Assembly (NCBI GenBank): GCA_965116475.1
Contig: OZ220691.1
Span: forward strand, 2,240,001-2,304,000
Reading direction: 5' to 3'
Source of the DNA: Gemmatimonadota bacterium
GTDB taxonomy: Bacteria > Gemmatimonadota > Gemmatimonadetes > Palauibacterales > Palauibacteraceae
DNA: 64,000 bases
The notes under the pieces are model-generated. The model did not search any database and was not told the origin of the DNA. It worked only from the letters and a program-made list of their open reading frames with translations. The translations under genes were made by a program, and so were the position numbers. Positions 38,285-48,210 of the stretch are shown in pieces (the first letter of the stretch is position 1; each line of letters opens with the position of its first letter).

Positions 38285-39576
38285 ACCGGGTCCTCGACAT
38301 CTGGTGGGATGGACGGCTCGTCGGCCGCCTGACGCGGCCCCGGCCCGCCACCCTCGAGTTCGCGTACGCGGACGACTGGTTGCGGGACGACCGGGCCCCG
38401 GCGCTGTCCACATCGCTGCCCAAGCGAGCGGAGCGATATCCCCGCCGCGAATGCCGCCCCTTCTTCGCCGGCCTCCTGCCGGAGGAAAGCCAGCGGGACC
38501 GAGCGGCAAAGGCCCTCGGCGTCTCCTACCTGAACGACTTCGCCCTTCTTGACGGTCTCGGTCGCGACGTTGCGGGAGCGCTCCAACTCCTGCCGCCCGC
38601 AGAACCGCCGGCGGAGCAAGATTCGGACTATTCGCCTCAACCCCTTGGCGACGCGGCACTGGTCGACGTGCTCGACAAGCTGCCGTGGCGTCCCCTGCTC
38701 GCCGGAGAGGCAGGTTTGCGCCTGTCGCTCGCTGGCGCCCAGTCGAAACTGCCCGTCGTCATGGTCGACGGGCAGATCGCACTGCCGGCGCCGGGGCAAC
38801 CCACGACCCACATTCTGAAGCCGGCGATCCCCGACTTTCCCCACACGACGGAGAACGAAGCCTTCGCGATGCGGCTCGCGCGCGCCGCGGGCCTGGACGT
38901 CGCATCCGTGGAACCTCGACGGGTGGGGGACCGAACGTTCCTCCTGGTCGAGCGGTACGATCGATCGACCGGTCCGGATGGTCGTGCCTGCCGCGTCCAT
39001 CAGGAGGATTTCTGCCAGGCGCTCGGGATACCGCCCGAAGTCAAGTACGCGGGTGAGGGCGGTCCGGGTCTGCCGGATGGTTTCGGGCTCCTGCGGCGGG
39101 TTGCCCTCCGCCCCGCCGTTGACGTTCTCAAGCTCCTCAACGCCACGATCTTCAACCTGATCATCGGCAACGCCGACGCCCACGGAAAGAACTTCTCACT
39201 CCTGTATGACGCCGCCGGACCTCGTCTCGCGCCGCTCTACGACCTCGTGATGACGGCCGCCTACCCGGAGCTGGCACCGGCGCTCGCCATGCCCATCGGG
39301 GGATGCGCCAGCCTCGCCGAAATGGATTCTCACCGCTGGGCGGCCTTTGCCGAAGAAGCGACGTTGGGACTCCCCCTGATCCGGAGGCGCGTCGCCGAAC
39401 TCGGAGAGTCGGTGATCCGGCGCGCACCAGCAGTCGCGGAAGAGCTGGCGCTGCCGGGGCTGGATCAGGATGCGCTGTCGCGATTCCACCGCATGACCAC
39501 GGCCCGCGCCGAGCAATGCATGGCCTCGACCGGAGCCGGCAGCACCCCGGTCAGCGGAAATCCCACGGGTTCGTGA
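38281..39576 (+). CDS. hipA: HipA-family kinase toxin
   Basis: FFAGLLPE, SLAGAQSK, HQEDFCQA, GNADAHGKN, LAPLYD. Confidence 0.92.
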   Translation: MNRVLDIWWDGRLVGRLTRPRPATLEFAYADDWLRDDRAPALSTSLPKRAERYPRRECRPFFAGLLPEESQRDRAAKALGVSYLNDFALLDGLGRDVAGALQLLPPAEPPAEQDSDYSPQPLGDAALVDVLDKLPWRPLLAGEAGLRLSLAGAQSKLPVVMVDGQIALPAPGQPTTHILKPAIPDFPHTTENEAFAMRLARAAGLDVASVEPRRVGDRTFLLVERYDRSTGPDGRACRVHQEDFCQALGIPPEVKYAGEGGPGLPDGFGLLRRVALRPAVDVLKLLNATIFNLIIGNADAHGKNFSLLYDAAGPRLAPLYDLVMTAAYPELAPALAMPIGGCASLAEMDSHRWAAFAEEATLGLPLIRRRVAELGESVIRRAPAVAEELALPGLDQDALSRFHRMTTARAEQCMASTGAGSTPVSGNPTGS

Positions 39577-39970
39577 GGACGACTTCGAGTCCGTCGAAAT
39601 CCGCCGTGTTCCTTGTCGCAATCGACAAGTCACGGGCCTTGGCCGTTCCGGCGATCAGCGCATCTCCCAGGTCGAGCGGCCGACCCCGCCCGCGAGCCTC
39701 CGCCCGAAAGCGGGCGGCCCAGACGGCGGCCCTCTCGTCCACGGGCATAACACGGTCCTCGTAGCGCCGGATGAACTCCGACAGCACGCGGCGGAGCGCG
39801 TCCCGCCGGCTTCCGCGAGGCAGGAGGCGCAGGCCGAACTCCAGTTCGTGCAGTACCAGCGCGGCCAGCCAGAGGTCGTCTCGTGCGGCCAGAAACGCGA
39901 CCACGGGTGGGGCGGGAACCTCTTTCGTCAACTCCGAGATCACGTTGGTGTCCAGCAGAACTCCGCTCAC
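39551..39970 (-). CDS. VapC/PIN toxin
   Basis: LLDTNVISE, E, DALIAGTA, ATRNTADF, NPW. Confidence 0.9.
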   Translation of the reverse strand: MSGVLLDTNVISELTKEVPAPPVVAFLAARDDLWLAALVLHELEFGLRLLPRGSRRDALRRVLSEFIRRYEDRVMPVDERAAVWAARFRAEARGRGRPLDLGDALIAGTAKARDLSIATRNTADFDGLEVVLTNPWDFR

Positions 39971-40272
39971 CCGGTGTCGCCCTCCTCGGTGTCGTCCTCG
40001 GCGTCATCAGAAACGAAGGGGACGGGACGCGCGGATCGTCGCTCCCGGGGGATCTCGAGGTCCAGCCCGCGAGGCATGTGGTCGATCAGCCACCGGCCGA
40101 GAGGCTGCCGGATCGGAGCCTTCTCGCGCCACAGGCGTTCGGACACCACGACGAAGGACCTCCGAACGCCGATACGCTGCGGTCCCTGTTCGTCCGCCAG
40201 ACGCAGGATCTCGGACAGGCGCGCCTTCGCCTCGGCGACCCTCCACGTGCGCCCGAACCCTGACGTGTCCAC
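39967..40272 (-). CDS. Phd/YefM-like antitoxin
   Basis: WRVAEAKARLSEIL..A..GPQ; GGAGGG RBS; overlaps the toxin start. Confidence 0.8.
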   Translation of the reverse strand: MDTSGFGRTWRVAEAKARLSEILRLADEQGPQRIGVRRSFVVVSERLWREKAPIRQPLGRWLIDHMPRGLDLEIPRERRSARPVPFVSDDAEDDTEEGDTG

Positions 40273-40466
40273 CTGCTCACTCCCTCCATCCCACGACTGA
40301 ATCAGTCTCAAATCGAGAAACTGGACCAATATAGACCATGTTCGCGTTCGGAATCAACGCTTCGGCGGATCGACGCGCCTGTCGCCGCCTTGCGGGTCGA
40401 TGCCGTGGGTTTGAGCTTCGAGCGCGTGCGTTCGGCATCTCCGTTCCCCAACGATGGATGTGACCG

Positions 40467-42224
40467 ATGGCTGCAGAGCCCCGCGACTTCAACAGCGCGA
40501 TCCAGTACCAGCCCGACGAGACGCCCCCGTACCGGATCGCCATCGGACTCGCGCTCCAGTACGTCGTGCTCACCATCGCGGCCATCGTCATCACGGTGGC
40601 GATCGTGGTGCGGGCGGCCGGCGGCTCCGAGGACTACCTGTCGTGGGCGAGCTTCGCTGTTCTGATCGTGAGCGGCGTGACCACGGCCGTGCAGGCGGCG
40701 CGCATCGGGCGCGTGGGGGCGGGATACGTCCTTCTCATGGGGACATCGGGCGCGTTCATCGCGGCCTCCGTGACGGCGCTCGTCGAAGGCGGTCCCGCCC
40801 TCCTCGCATCGCTGGTCATCGCCTCCTCCCTCTTCCAGTTCGGGCTGTCGCGGCACCTCGCGCTCCTGCGGCGGATCATCACGCCCGTCGTGGCGGGGAC
40901 CGTGATCATGCTGATCGCCGTCACGATCATGCCCCTCCTGTTCGATCTCCTGCGCCAGGTCCCGGAGGGCTCATCTCCGCTGGCGGCGCCGGTGACGGCG
41001 GGCGCGACGGTGATCGCGACGCTGTTCATCGTGCTGAGGGCGAGCGGCGTCATGCGGCTGTGGGGTCCGGTGATCGGGATCTTCGTCGGGTGCGTGGCGG
41101 CGGTCTCGTTCGGCATCTACGACTTCGAGCGCGTGGGGGCCGCGCAGTGGGTCGGTCTCCCCGCGGCGGGCTGGCCGGGCTTCGGCTTCAGCATCGGCCC
41201 CGCCTTCTGGGCGCTGCTGCCGACGTTCGTTTTCGTGACGCTGATCGGCGCCATCGAGACGGTGGGCGACGCCGTAGCGATTCAGCGCGTGTCCTGGCGA
41301 CGCAGCCGGGCCACGGACTTCGGGGCGGTGCAGGGCGCGGTCGCCGCCGACGGGCTCGGCAACCTGCTCTCGGGACTGCTGAGCACCGTCCCCAACACCA
41401 CCTATTCGTCGAGCATCTCGCTGGCGGAGATCACCGGCGTCGCGGCGCGCCGCGTGGGCGTATGCATCGGTATCACCTTCTGCGCGCTCGCGTTCCTGCC
41501 CAAGATCGCGGCGATCGTGCTCGCCATCCCGGACCCCGTACTCGCCGCCTACGGGTTCGTGCTGATCTCGATCCTGTTCGTCATCGGGGCGCGCGTCGTC
41601 ATCCAGGACGGCATCGACTATCGCAAGGCGGCGATCGTCGGCGTGTCGTTCTGGGCCGGCGTCGCGTTCCAGGAGGGCGCGCTCTTCAACGAGTACCTGA
41701 GCCCCGGGCTGGCTCCGCTGCTCGAGAACGGGATGACGGCGGGCGGCCTGGTCGCGATCCTCCTCACGGCGCTGCTCGAGCTCACGGGCTCGCGGCCGCT
41801 GCGCGTTGAGACGACGCTCGACGTGGACGCCCTCCCCACCATCCGGAACCTCCTCGACAAGTTCTCCATCCGGCGCAAGTGGCCGATGGAGATGAGCGAC
41901 CGGCTGCTGCAGGCGGCGGAGGAGACGCTGCTGCTCCTGCTGGAGAAGGCGAAAGAGGGGGAAGACGCCGGAGACCGGCGCCTGCGCGTCGTGGCCCGCA
42001 AGTGGGAGAACGGGGCCGAACTGGAGTTCATCTCGGCCGGCGGCGCCGGGAACATCGAGGATCAGATCGCCGTTCTGGCCAGCCACGGGACGGCGGAACC
42101 GCAGGAGCACGAGATCTCGCTGCGGATTCTGCAGCACCTGGCCACGTCCGTGAAGCACCAGAAATACCACGACGCCGACATCGTGACGGTCCACATCGAA
42201 GGCCCCGCCCGCGGCGCAGGCTAG
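40467..42224 (+). CDS. NCS2 (xanthine/uracil permease) family protein with C-terminal soluble domain
   Basis: IETVGD, GAVAADGLG, PNTTYS, ITGVAAR, PK, IPDPV; ~140-aa hydrophilic tail. Confidence 0.8.
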   Translation: MAAEPRDFNSAIQYQPDETPPYRIAIGLALQYVVLTIAAIVITVAIVVRAAGGSEDYLSWASFAVLIVSGVTTAVQAARIGRVGAGYVLLMGTSGAFIAASVTALVEGGPALLASLVIASSLFQFGLSRHLALLRRIITPVVAGTVIMLIAVTIMPLLFDLLRQVPEGSSPLAAPVTAGATVIATLFIVLRASGVMRLWGPVIGIFVGCVAAVSFGIYDFERVGAAQWVGLPAAGWPGFGFSIGPAFWALLPTFVFVTLIGAIETVGDAVAIQRVSWRRSRATDFGAVQGAVAADGLGNLLSGLLSTVPNTTYSSSISLAEITGVAARRVGVCIGITFCALAFLPKIAAIVLAIPDPVLAAYGFVLISILFVIGARVVIQDGIDYRKAAIVGVSFWAGVAFQEGALFNEYLSPGLAPLLENGMTAGGLVAILLTALLELTGSRPLRVETTLDVDALPTIRNLLDKFSIRRKWPMEMSDRLLQAAEETLLLLLEKAKEGEDAGDRRLRVVARKWENGAELEFISAGGAGNIEDQIAVLASHGTAEPQEHEISLRILQHLATSVKHQKYHDADIVTVHIEGPARGAG

Positions 42225-42242
42225 CCGCGGCGCGCCACTGGA

Positions 42243-43565
42243 TCAGGGGACGAGACCCTCCGCGGTGGCGAGGAGCCGGTCGCGGTCGAGCACCTCGCCG
42301 CCGAGGATGACGGCGTGCACGCGGCGGGCGTTGGCGATGTCGTCGAGCGGACTGGCGTCGAACAGCACGATGTCGGCCAGCATGCCGTGCGCCAGCGTGC
42401 CCCGGTCGGTCAGGCGCAACGCCTCGGCGCCCGCCCGCGTCGCGGCGATCAACGTTTGCGCAGGCGTCATGCCGGCCTCCACGTGCGTCTCCATCTCGCG
42501 CTGGAAGGCGAGCCCGGGCGGCGCGTTTGCGACCAGGCCGTGCGACCCCATGCTGACGGGACCGCCGGCCTCCGCGTAGCGCACCGTGAACGCGGCCATG
42601 TTCCGCATCGCCGCCCACTGCACCTCGCGGCCCTCCTCGCTGAACTCCGGCTCGAAGACGGCCAGCGTGCCGTCGAGGTTGACGTTGCGCTCCAGCATGA
42701 GTTCGATGAGCGCGTCGGCGCGCGGCCCGGCGGGATCCAGCGCCGCCCACAGCGCCAGCCCGCCCTCGCCGCGGTGGATGCTCTCGCGCAGCACCGCCTG
42801 CCGGAACTCCTCCGCCTGCTTGGGCGGGACGAGGGCACGGCCCAGGGACCTCGTGTGCTCGATCCCGTCCATCCCCAGCCGGATCGCGGCCACGGGGTCG
42901 ACGATCTCGAGGTGGCCGTGGACCGGCACGTTGCGGCGGTCGGCCTCCTCGATGACGGCCGCGACCTGCGCGAGCGAGAGCCGGAAATACACCTTCAGCG
43001 AGGTCGCGCCCCGATCCATCAGTTCGTTCGCGGCCATCCGGGCGTCCATCTCGTCCAGGAGGACGCGCGAGATCGTGGGATAGGCCGTGTTGAACCCGTC
43101 GAGGATCGGCCCGGAATAGAGGAGCCGCGGCGCCGGCAGCCCCATCGCCTCCACCGTGCCGAGCCAGGCCTCGTTGTCCGCGATCCACTGCCCCATCTCC
43201 CGCTGCGTCGTGACGCCGTTGGCCAGGAAGAGGAGCGGAAGTTCCGGGTTCGCGTCGGTCCCCGTCCCGTCGATCGAGGCATGCGGGCCCGGGGAGTAGT
43301 GGAAGTGGAGGTCGATGAACCCCGGCGTGAGGAACTTGCCGGTCGCGTCGATGTGCTCGGCCCCGGGCGGGATCTCGACCTGTCCCGCGGGCCCGATGCG
43401 CTCGACCCGGTCCCCCCGGATGAGGACGGTCGCGTTCTCGTGCACGGCGCCCGTGCCGTCGAAGACCGTGCCCCCCTCGACCGCCAGCCACCGCTCCTGC
43501 GCTTGAAGTGAAGCGGCTCCCGCCAACATCCCGCAGAGAACGAACGAAGCTCTGGCAGCGCGCAC
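42243..43565 (-). CDS. Secreted amidohydrolase
   Basis: PGFIDLHFH, LANGVTT, KVY, HGH, GIEH, ADIVLFD..PL.DI.N. Confidence 0.82.
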   Translation of the reverse strand: MRAARASFVLCGMLAGAASLQAQERWLAVEGGTVFDGTGAVHENATVLIRGDRVERIGPAGQVEIPPGAEHIDATGKFLTPGFIDLHFHYSPGPHASIDGTGTDANPELPLLFLANGVTTQREMGQWIADNEAWLGTVEAMGLPAPRLLYSGPILDGFNTAYPTISRVLLDEMDARMAANELMDRGATSLKVYFRLSLAQVAAVIEEADRRNVPVHGHLEIVDPVAAIRLGMDGIEHTRSLGRALVPPKQAEEFRQAVLRESIHRGEGGLALWAALDPAGPRADALIELMLERNVNLDGTLAVFEPEFSEEGREVQWAAMRNMAAFTVRYAEAGGPVSMGSHGLVANAPPGLAFQREMETHVEAGMTPAQTLIAATRAGAEALRLTDRGTLAHGMLADIVLFDASPLDDIANARRVHAVILGGEVLDRDRLLATAEGLVP

Positions 43566-43671
43566 GGTGAAGCTCCTGTGGTCGGGAAGTTCTCGAGGGG
43601 CGCGGGTCTTTCCGGCCCCCGCGGCCGCATCTACGCTGAGGAAGATTACGACTCGGCACAAGGAGAACATC

Positions 43672-45138
43672 ATGCCCAGAGGCGTGTCTCTTCGCGGCGC
43701 ATGGCTTCGCCGCGCACTTCTGCCGGCGCTCGCGGCGCCCCTGTTCGGCCTCGGCCAGGCCGCGGCGCAGGACCGCGACGCCCTCTCCGACGAGGTCCGG
43801 TCCTATTTCGGCGTCTCCGCGCCGGTCGTGGCGCTGGAGAACGTCCTCCTGTTCGACGGCACCGGCGGCCCCGCGCGCGCGGGACAGACCATCGTCATCC
43901 GCGGGAACCGCATCGAGAGCGTGGGCGCGGCGGGCGAGGTCGAGATCCCCCCGGGGGCCGAGCGGCTGGACCTCGAAGGCCACTCGGTCATGCCCGGCAT
44001 GGTCGGGCTCCACAATCACATGTTCTACTACCAGTCCACGCCGCGCGCCTCGCAGATGCAGCACTCGGGTCCGCGCCTCTACCTCGGGGCCGGCGTCACC
44101 ACCGTACGGACGACGGGGAGCGTCGCCCCCTACCAGGATCTCTCGCTCAAGGGATCCATCGACCGCGGAGAGACGCCGGGCCCCCGGCTCCTCATCACCG
44201 CCCCCTACGTCATCAGCCCCGGTCCCGACGAGCGGCTCCGGGATCTCGGGATGTACGCGATCCGCGACGAGGAGGCCGCCCGCCGCTACGTGCGCTACTG
44301 GGCCGCGGAGGGGGCGGAATGGATCAAGGCCTACACGCAGATCACGCGCGAGGCGCTCGCCACGATCATCGACGAGGCGCACCGGCAGGGGATGAAGGTC
44401 ACGGCGCATCTCTGTTCCGTGGGGTTCCGCGAGGCCACGGCGATGGGGATCGACAACCTCGAGCACGGCCTGTGGGCCAACTCCGAGTACGATACGACCC
44501 GCGAGCCGGACCGCTGCAGCCCGAACTACCAGCGGAGCATCGCCGAACTGGACATGGCCGACCCCCGGGTGGCGGAGACGATCGCGGAGATGGTCGCCGC
44601 AGGCGTCGCCATGACCTCCACACTGGCCGTCGCCGAGCAGGCCACGCCGCTCGTGCCCGACCTCACGGAGCGCGACCTGGAGGCGCTTCCCGATCACGTC
44701 GTGGAGGCGGAGATGGAGCGCCGGTCGATCTTTCGGACGACGGAGATGCCGTGGATGATCGACCTGTTCGAGAACATGCTCGAGTTCGAACTCGCCTTCG
44801 TGGAGGCGGGAGGCGTGCTGGCCGCGGGCGTGGATCCGGCCTGGGGCGCGCTACCGGGCTACGGCGACCAGCGGAACTTCGAGATCCTCGTCGAAGCGGG
44901 GTTCGAACCGGCGGCCGCGGTGCGGATCGTGAGCGCGAACGGGGCGCGGATCCTCGGCCTCGATGGCGAACTGGGGACCGTCGCACCGGGCAAGCTTGCC
45001 GACCTGATCGTGATCGAGGGCGACATCGGACTCCGCCCCTCCGACATCCGCAACGTCCGCCTCGTGTTCAAGGATGGACTCGGCTACGACCCGGACAAGC
45101 TGACCGCCGCCGTCGCCGGCCAGGTCGGCGTCCGCTGA
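43672..45138 (+). CDS. Secreted amidohydrolase
   Basis: AGGAG RBS; PGMVGLHNH, GVTTVRTTG, KAY, TAHLCS, IDNLEHG, GKLADL. Confidence 0.85.
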   Translation: MPRGVSLRGAWLRRALLPALAAPLFGLGQAAAQDRDALSDEVRSYFGVSAPVVALENVLLFDGTGGPARAGQTIVIRGNRIESVGAAGEVEIPPGAERLDLEGHSVMPGMVGLHNHMFYYQSTPRASQMQHSGPRLYLGAGVTTVRTTGSVAPYQDLSLKGSIDRGETPGPRLLITAPYVISPGPDERLRDLGMYAIRDEEAARRYVRYWAAEGAEWIKAYTQITREALATIIDEAHRQGMKVTAHLCSVGFREATAMGIDNLEHGLWANSEYDTTREPDRCSPNYQRSIAELDMADPRVAETIAEMVAAGVAMTSTLAVAEQATPLVPDLTERDLEALPDHVVEAEMERRSIFRTTEMPWMIDLFENMLEFELAFVEAGGVLAAGVDPAWGALPGYGDQRNFEILVEAGFEPAAAVRIVSANGARILGLDGELGTVAPGKLADLIVIEGDIGLRPSDIRNVRLVFKDGLGYDPDKLTAAVAGQVGVR

Positions 45139-45151
45139 CCCCGGCTGGAGG

Positions 45152-46309
45152 TCAGCGCGATAGCGTAGCCGCCAGGGCGCCGGCCTGAGAGATGGGGAGG
45201 ACCGAGATCCGATCATCGAGCGGGTAGGCTTCCTCGCCCGGGTAGACAATCCAGAGGTGTGCAAGATCAAGGTCTTCCAACGCGGCGCGCATGGATCGTG
45301 TCGTGCCGGGTGCGTCGGCGAACTTGCACTCGAAGCCGTACCTCTTCCCCCCTCCGAAGACGAGCAGGTCCAGTTCGGCTCCTCCGTGCGTCGCCCAGAA
45401 ATAGGCGTCCCGCGTGTCGAGACCGGCGAGCAGTTGCTCCAGCGCGAATCCTTCGAAGGACGCGCCGACCTTGTGGTGGCCCGCAAGTTCCTGTTCCCCC
45501 GACAATGCAAGCAACTCGTGCAGCAAGCCGGTATCGCGGACATACACTTTCGGCGCCTTCACCTGTCTCTTCTTCAGATTCTCGAACCACGGCGGAAGTG
45601 CGCGCACCATGAAGGCTCCGGTGAGGATGTCGAGATACCTGCGCGCCGTGGCCTCGCTGGTTCCCAGGGCGCGGGCGAACTCCGCTCCGTTCCACGTCTG
45701 TCCGTGGTAGTGGGCGATCATGGTCCAGAATCGCCTGAGTCGTTCGGCCGGAATCGTGATGCCGAGCTGCGGGATGTCCCGTTCGAGGAAGGTGCGGATG
45801 AAGCTCCGCCGCCAAAGCACGGATCGGCGGTCATCCGGCGCAAGGTAGCTCCGCGGGAAGCCGCCGCGCGTCCAGAGTGTCCGCCACTCCCCGGCGTCCA
45901 CTTCACCCAGGTGGAATCCCCCCAGGTCGACGAGGCCGACGCGACCCGCGAGCGATTCGGAAACGCCTTGAACCAGCCGCGGCGAAGCGCTGCCCAGGAG
46001 GAGGAACCGTGCGGGGTTCGCGGGCCGGTCCACGAGTACGCGGATCGTCTCGAAGAGGGACGGCGAGCGCTGGATCTCATCGATGACAACGAGTCCCGCG
46101 AGGGGACCGAGCGTCTGCTCGGGGGTAGCCAGACGCCGGCGGTCGACCCCGGCCTCGAGATCGAAATAGGAACTCGCCGGGTCGTCGCCTGCGATCCGCC
46201 CGGCGAGGGTTGACTTCCCGCACTGGCGCGGACCGGTCAGCGCGACGCAGGAGTGCACCGAGAATTCTTCCCGGATGCGGTGTGCCGGTATCGGTCGCTC
46301 GATGTACAT
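45152..46309 (-). CDS. AAA_14 ATPase with DUF4143 / PD-(D/E)xK-like C-terminus
   Basis: GPRQCGKS, IDEIQ, LLGSAS, GGFP, KAPKVY.RDTG, ELDL, FECK. Confidence 0.9.
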   Translation of the reverse strand: MYIERPIPAHRIREEFSVHSCVALTGPRQCGKSTLAGRIAGDDPASSYFDLEAGVDRRRLATPEQTLGPLAGLVVIDEIQRSPSLFETIRVLVDRPANPARFLLLGSASPRLVQGVSESLAGRVGLVDLGGFHLGEVDAGEWRTLWTRGGFPRSYLAPDDRRSVLWRRSFIRTFLERDIPQLGITIPAERLRRFWTMIAHYHGQTWNGAEFARALGTSEATARRYLDILTGAFMVRALPPWFENLKKRQVKAPKVYVRDTGLLHELLALSGEQELAGHHKVGASFEGFALEQLLAGLDTRDAYFWATHGGAELDLLVFGGGKRYGFECKFADAPGTTRSMRAALEDLDLAHLWIVYPGEEAYPLDDRISVLPISQAGALAATLSR

Positions 46310-46323
46310 TCTGAACAATAATA

Positions 46324-46358
46324 CTTGAAAATCCGTAGTTCAACTACCGATTTTCAAG
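46324..46358. promoter_or_regulatory. 35-bp palindrome upstream of the AAA_14 gene (putative operator)
   Basis: CTTGAAAATCCGTAGTT-C-AACTACCGATTTTCAAG, 17-bp arms with one mismatch. Confidence 0.7.
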
Positions 46359-46389
46359 AAACTACGGAGCGGAATCGATTCCTCGGCCG

Positions 46390-48210
46390 CTAGCGGATCT
46401 CGACATCGTCCAGTTCGAAGGCGAACGAGCCGAGCGGCGTCTGGGCCACGAAAGCGAGGCCGGCAATGATCGTCGGATCCGCCGTGGCGAAGCTCTCGAG
46501 CGGGATCTCGACCACGGCCCACTCCGGGCCGGCGACGAAGGGGACCGTGGGCGGCAGGGTGGCCGCGGCTCCCTCGCCGAACAGCATCGCGGTGTAGCTC
46601 CGTCCGTCTCCGCGGGTGCGGAAGCGCAGGACGCTGCGGCCGGAGAAATCGACCGCCTCCATGGGTTGGGTGCCGAGAAACCAGATCGCTCCCGCCCAGG
46701 GGAAGGCGAACCCCGTCCGGGTCTCTCCCCGCACGACGAGCGCGCCGTCCTCCACGGCCAGATCCGCGGTGGAGGCGCCCCCGTTCATGGCGTCCGTCGT
46801 CACCTGCCAGCCGAACCCGAAGCCGGAGTCGAGCCCGTCCTCGAAGTCGAAGACGACCGGCCCCTCGGGCGCCGGTGCGATTTCGGGCGCGAAGGCCGTC
46901 GCGTCGGTCTCGCGGACGACCGGATAGCCGTCCTTCCAGATGGTGACGATGTCGGCCGACCGCGACACGTCGCCTTCCAGGTCGCCCCGCACCAGCAGCA
47001 GATCGGCGATGTAGCCCTCCGCGATGCGTCCCCGCTCGGGGATTCCGAACGCCTCGGCGGCGGCCGAGGTTGCGGCGGCGAGCACCTCATGGCTCTCCAG
47101 GCCGGCCCGCTCGAGAAGCCGAAGCTCTCCGTGCATCGAGAGGCCGGTCGCCGTCCCGGGGTTCGGCGCGTCCGTGCCCGCGACGATCCGCACGCCCGCC
47201 GCATGGAGCCGCCGCACGTTCTCCAGCGCGGCCCCGCCGTCCGCCCCCTCGGGCATCTCGAACCGGTTGCTCAGGGTCTGCCGTTGCATCGGGGAGACCA
47301 GCGAATCGTCCGCCTCATCGAGGACGTGCAGACCCGTGGAGTCGCCGAACAGTCCCATGATGACGGAGAGCGTGGGAACGACGAAGACGCCCGCCCGGGC
47401 GAAGCCGCGAGCGTCCTCCTCGGAAATTGCGGCGTCGAACCAGGTGTGGACCAGGCCATCGGCCCCCAGCGAGACTGCCTCCAGCGCTGCTCGAAGGTCG
47501 CTGACGTGGACGACGGCCAGCAGTCCCTCCACGTGGGCCGCCGCGATCAGCGCCGCAATCGTCTCGCGCTCCAGAGAGGGGATCTCGCCGCGGTACGCGC
47601 CTCCATCCTCGGAAACGATCTTGATCCAGTCGGAGCCCTCCTCCTTCCGGGCCCTCACCCAGGCCGCGGCGCCCTCCGGTACCGTCAGCGGCTCCACCGC
47701 CAGCCCGAACTGCGTGCCGTGACCGCCGGGCGCCGTCGCCAGCATGCCCGCGGAGAAGAGATCGGCTTCGGCCGTGCGCGCGATGTCGTCCCGCGCCGTC
47801 CGCGCTCCCGCCAGGAGGCCGGGGTCCGTGAACTGGTCGAGCACCGAGGTCACGCCGAAGCGCAGCGCGTCGCCCAGCGTCCCGCCGAACGTGTGGACGT
47901 GGCCGTCGATCAGACCCGGCAGAAGCGTGTGGCCGCGGCCGTCGACCCGTGGCAGGTCGTCCGGCAGCCGGAGCCTCGCGCCGACGCGCCGCACCCTTCC
48001 GTCCTCCACCCACACATCCTGGCTCCGCCTGAAGGCCTCGCCGTCGAACAACGTCACGTCCACGACCGCGAAGCTCTCCGCCGGCGCCTCCTGTGCCGGG
48101 GCGGCCGCGTCGCCCGGCACCGGGAGCGTCGCCAGCGCGGCGACGAATCCCGCGGCGGCGGCAACGAGAAGCCACACGCTTCGCGTGGCGGAGCGGTTCT
48201 CCGCGTTCAT
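46390..48210 (-). CDS. Amidohydrolase fused to a CIA30-like domain
   Basis: PGLIDGHVH, FGVTSVLD, AGTDAPNPG; C-terminal WQVTTDAMNGGAS...LDDVEIR. Confidence 0.85.
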   Translation of the reverse strand: MNAENRSATRSVWLLVAAAAGFVAALATLPVPGDAAAPAQEAPAESFAVVDVTLFDGEAFRRSQDVWVEDGRVRRVGARLRLPDDLPRVDGRGHTLLPGLIDGHVHTFGGTLGDALRFGVTSVLDQFTDPGLLAGARTARDDIARTAEADLFSAGMLATAPGGHGTQFGLAVEPLTVPEGAAAWVRARKEEGSDWIKIVSEDGGAYRGEIPSLERETIAALIAAAHVEGLLAVVHVSDLRAALEAVSLGADGLVHTWFDAAISEEDARGFARAGVFVVPTLSVIMGLFGDSTGLHVLDEADDSLVSPMQRQTLSNRFEMPEGADGGAALENVRRLHAAGVRIVAGTDAPNPGTATGLSMHGELRLLERAGLESHEVLAAATSAAAEAFGIPERGRIAEGYIADLLLVRGDLEGDVSRSADIVTIWKDGYPVVRETDATAFAPEIAPAPEGPVVFDFEDGLDSGFGFGWQVTTDAMNGGASTADLAVEDGALVVRGETRTGFAFPWAGAIWFLGTQPMEAVDFSGRSVLRFRTRGDGRSYTAMLFGEGAAATLPPTVPFVAGPEWAVVEIPLESFATADPTIIAGLAFVAQTPLGSFAFELDDVEIR

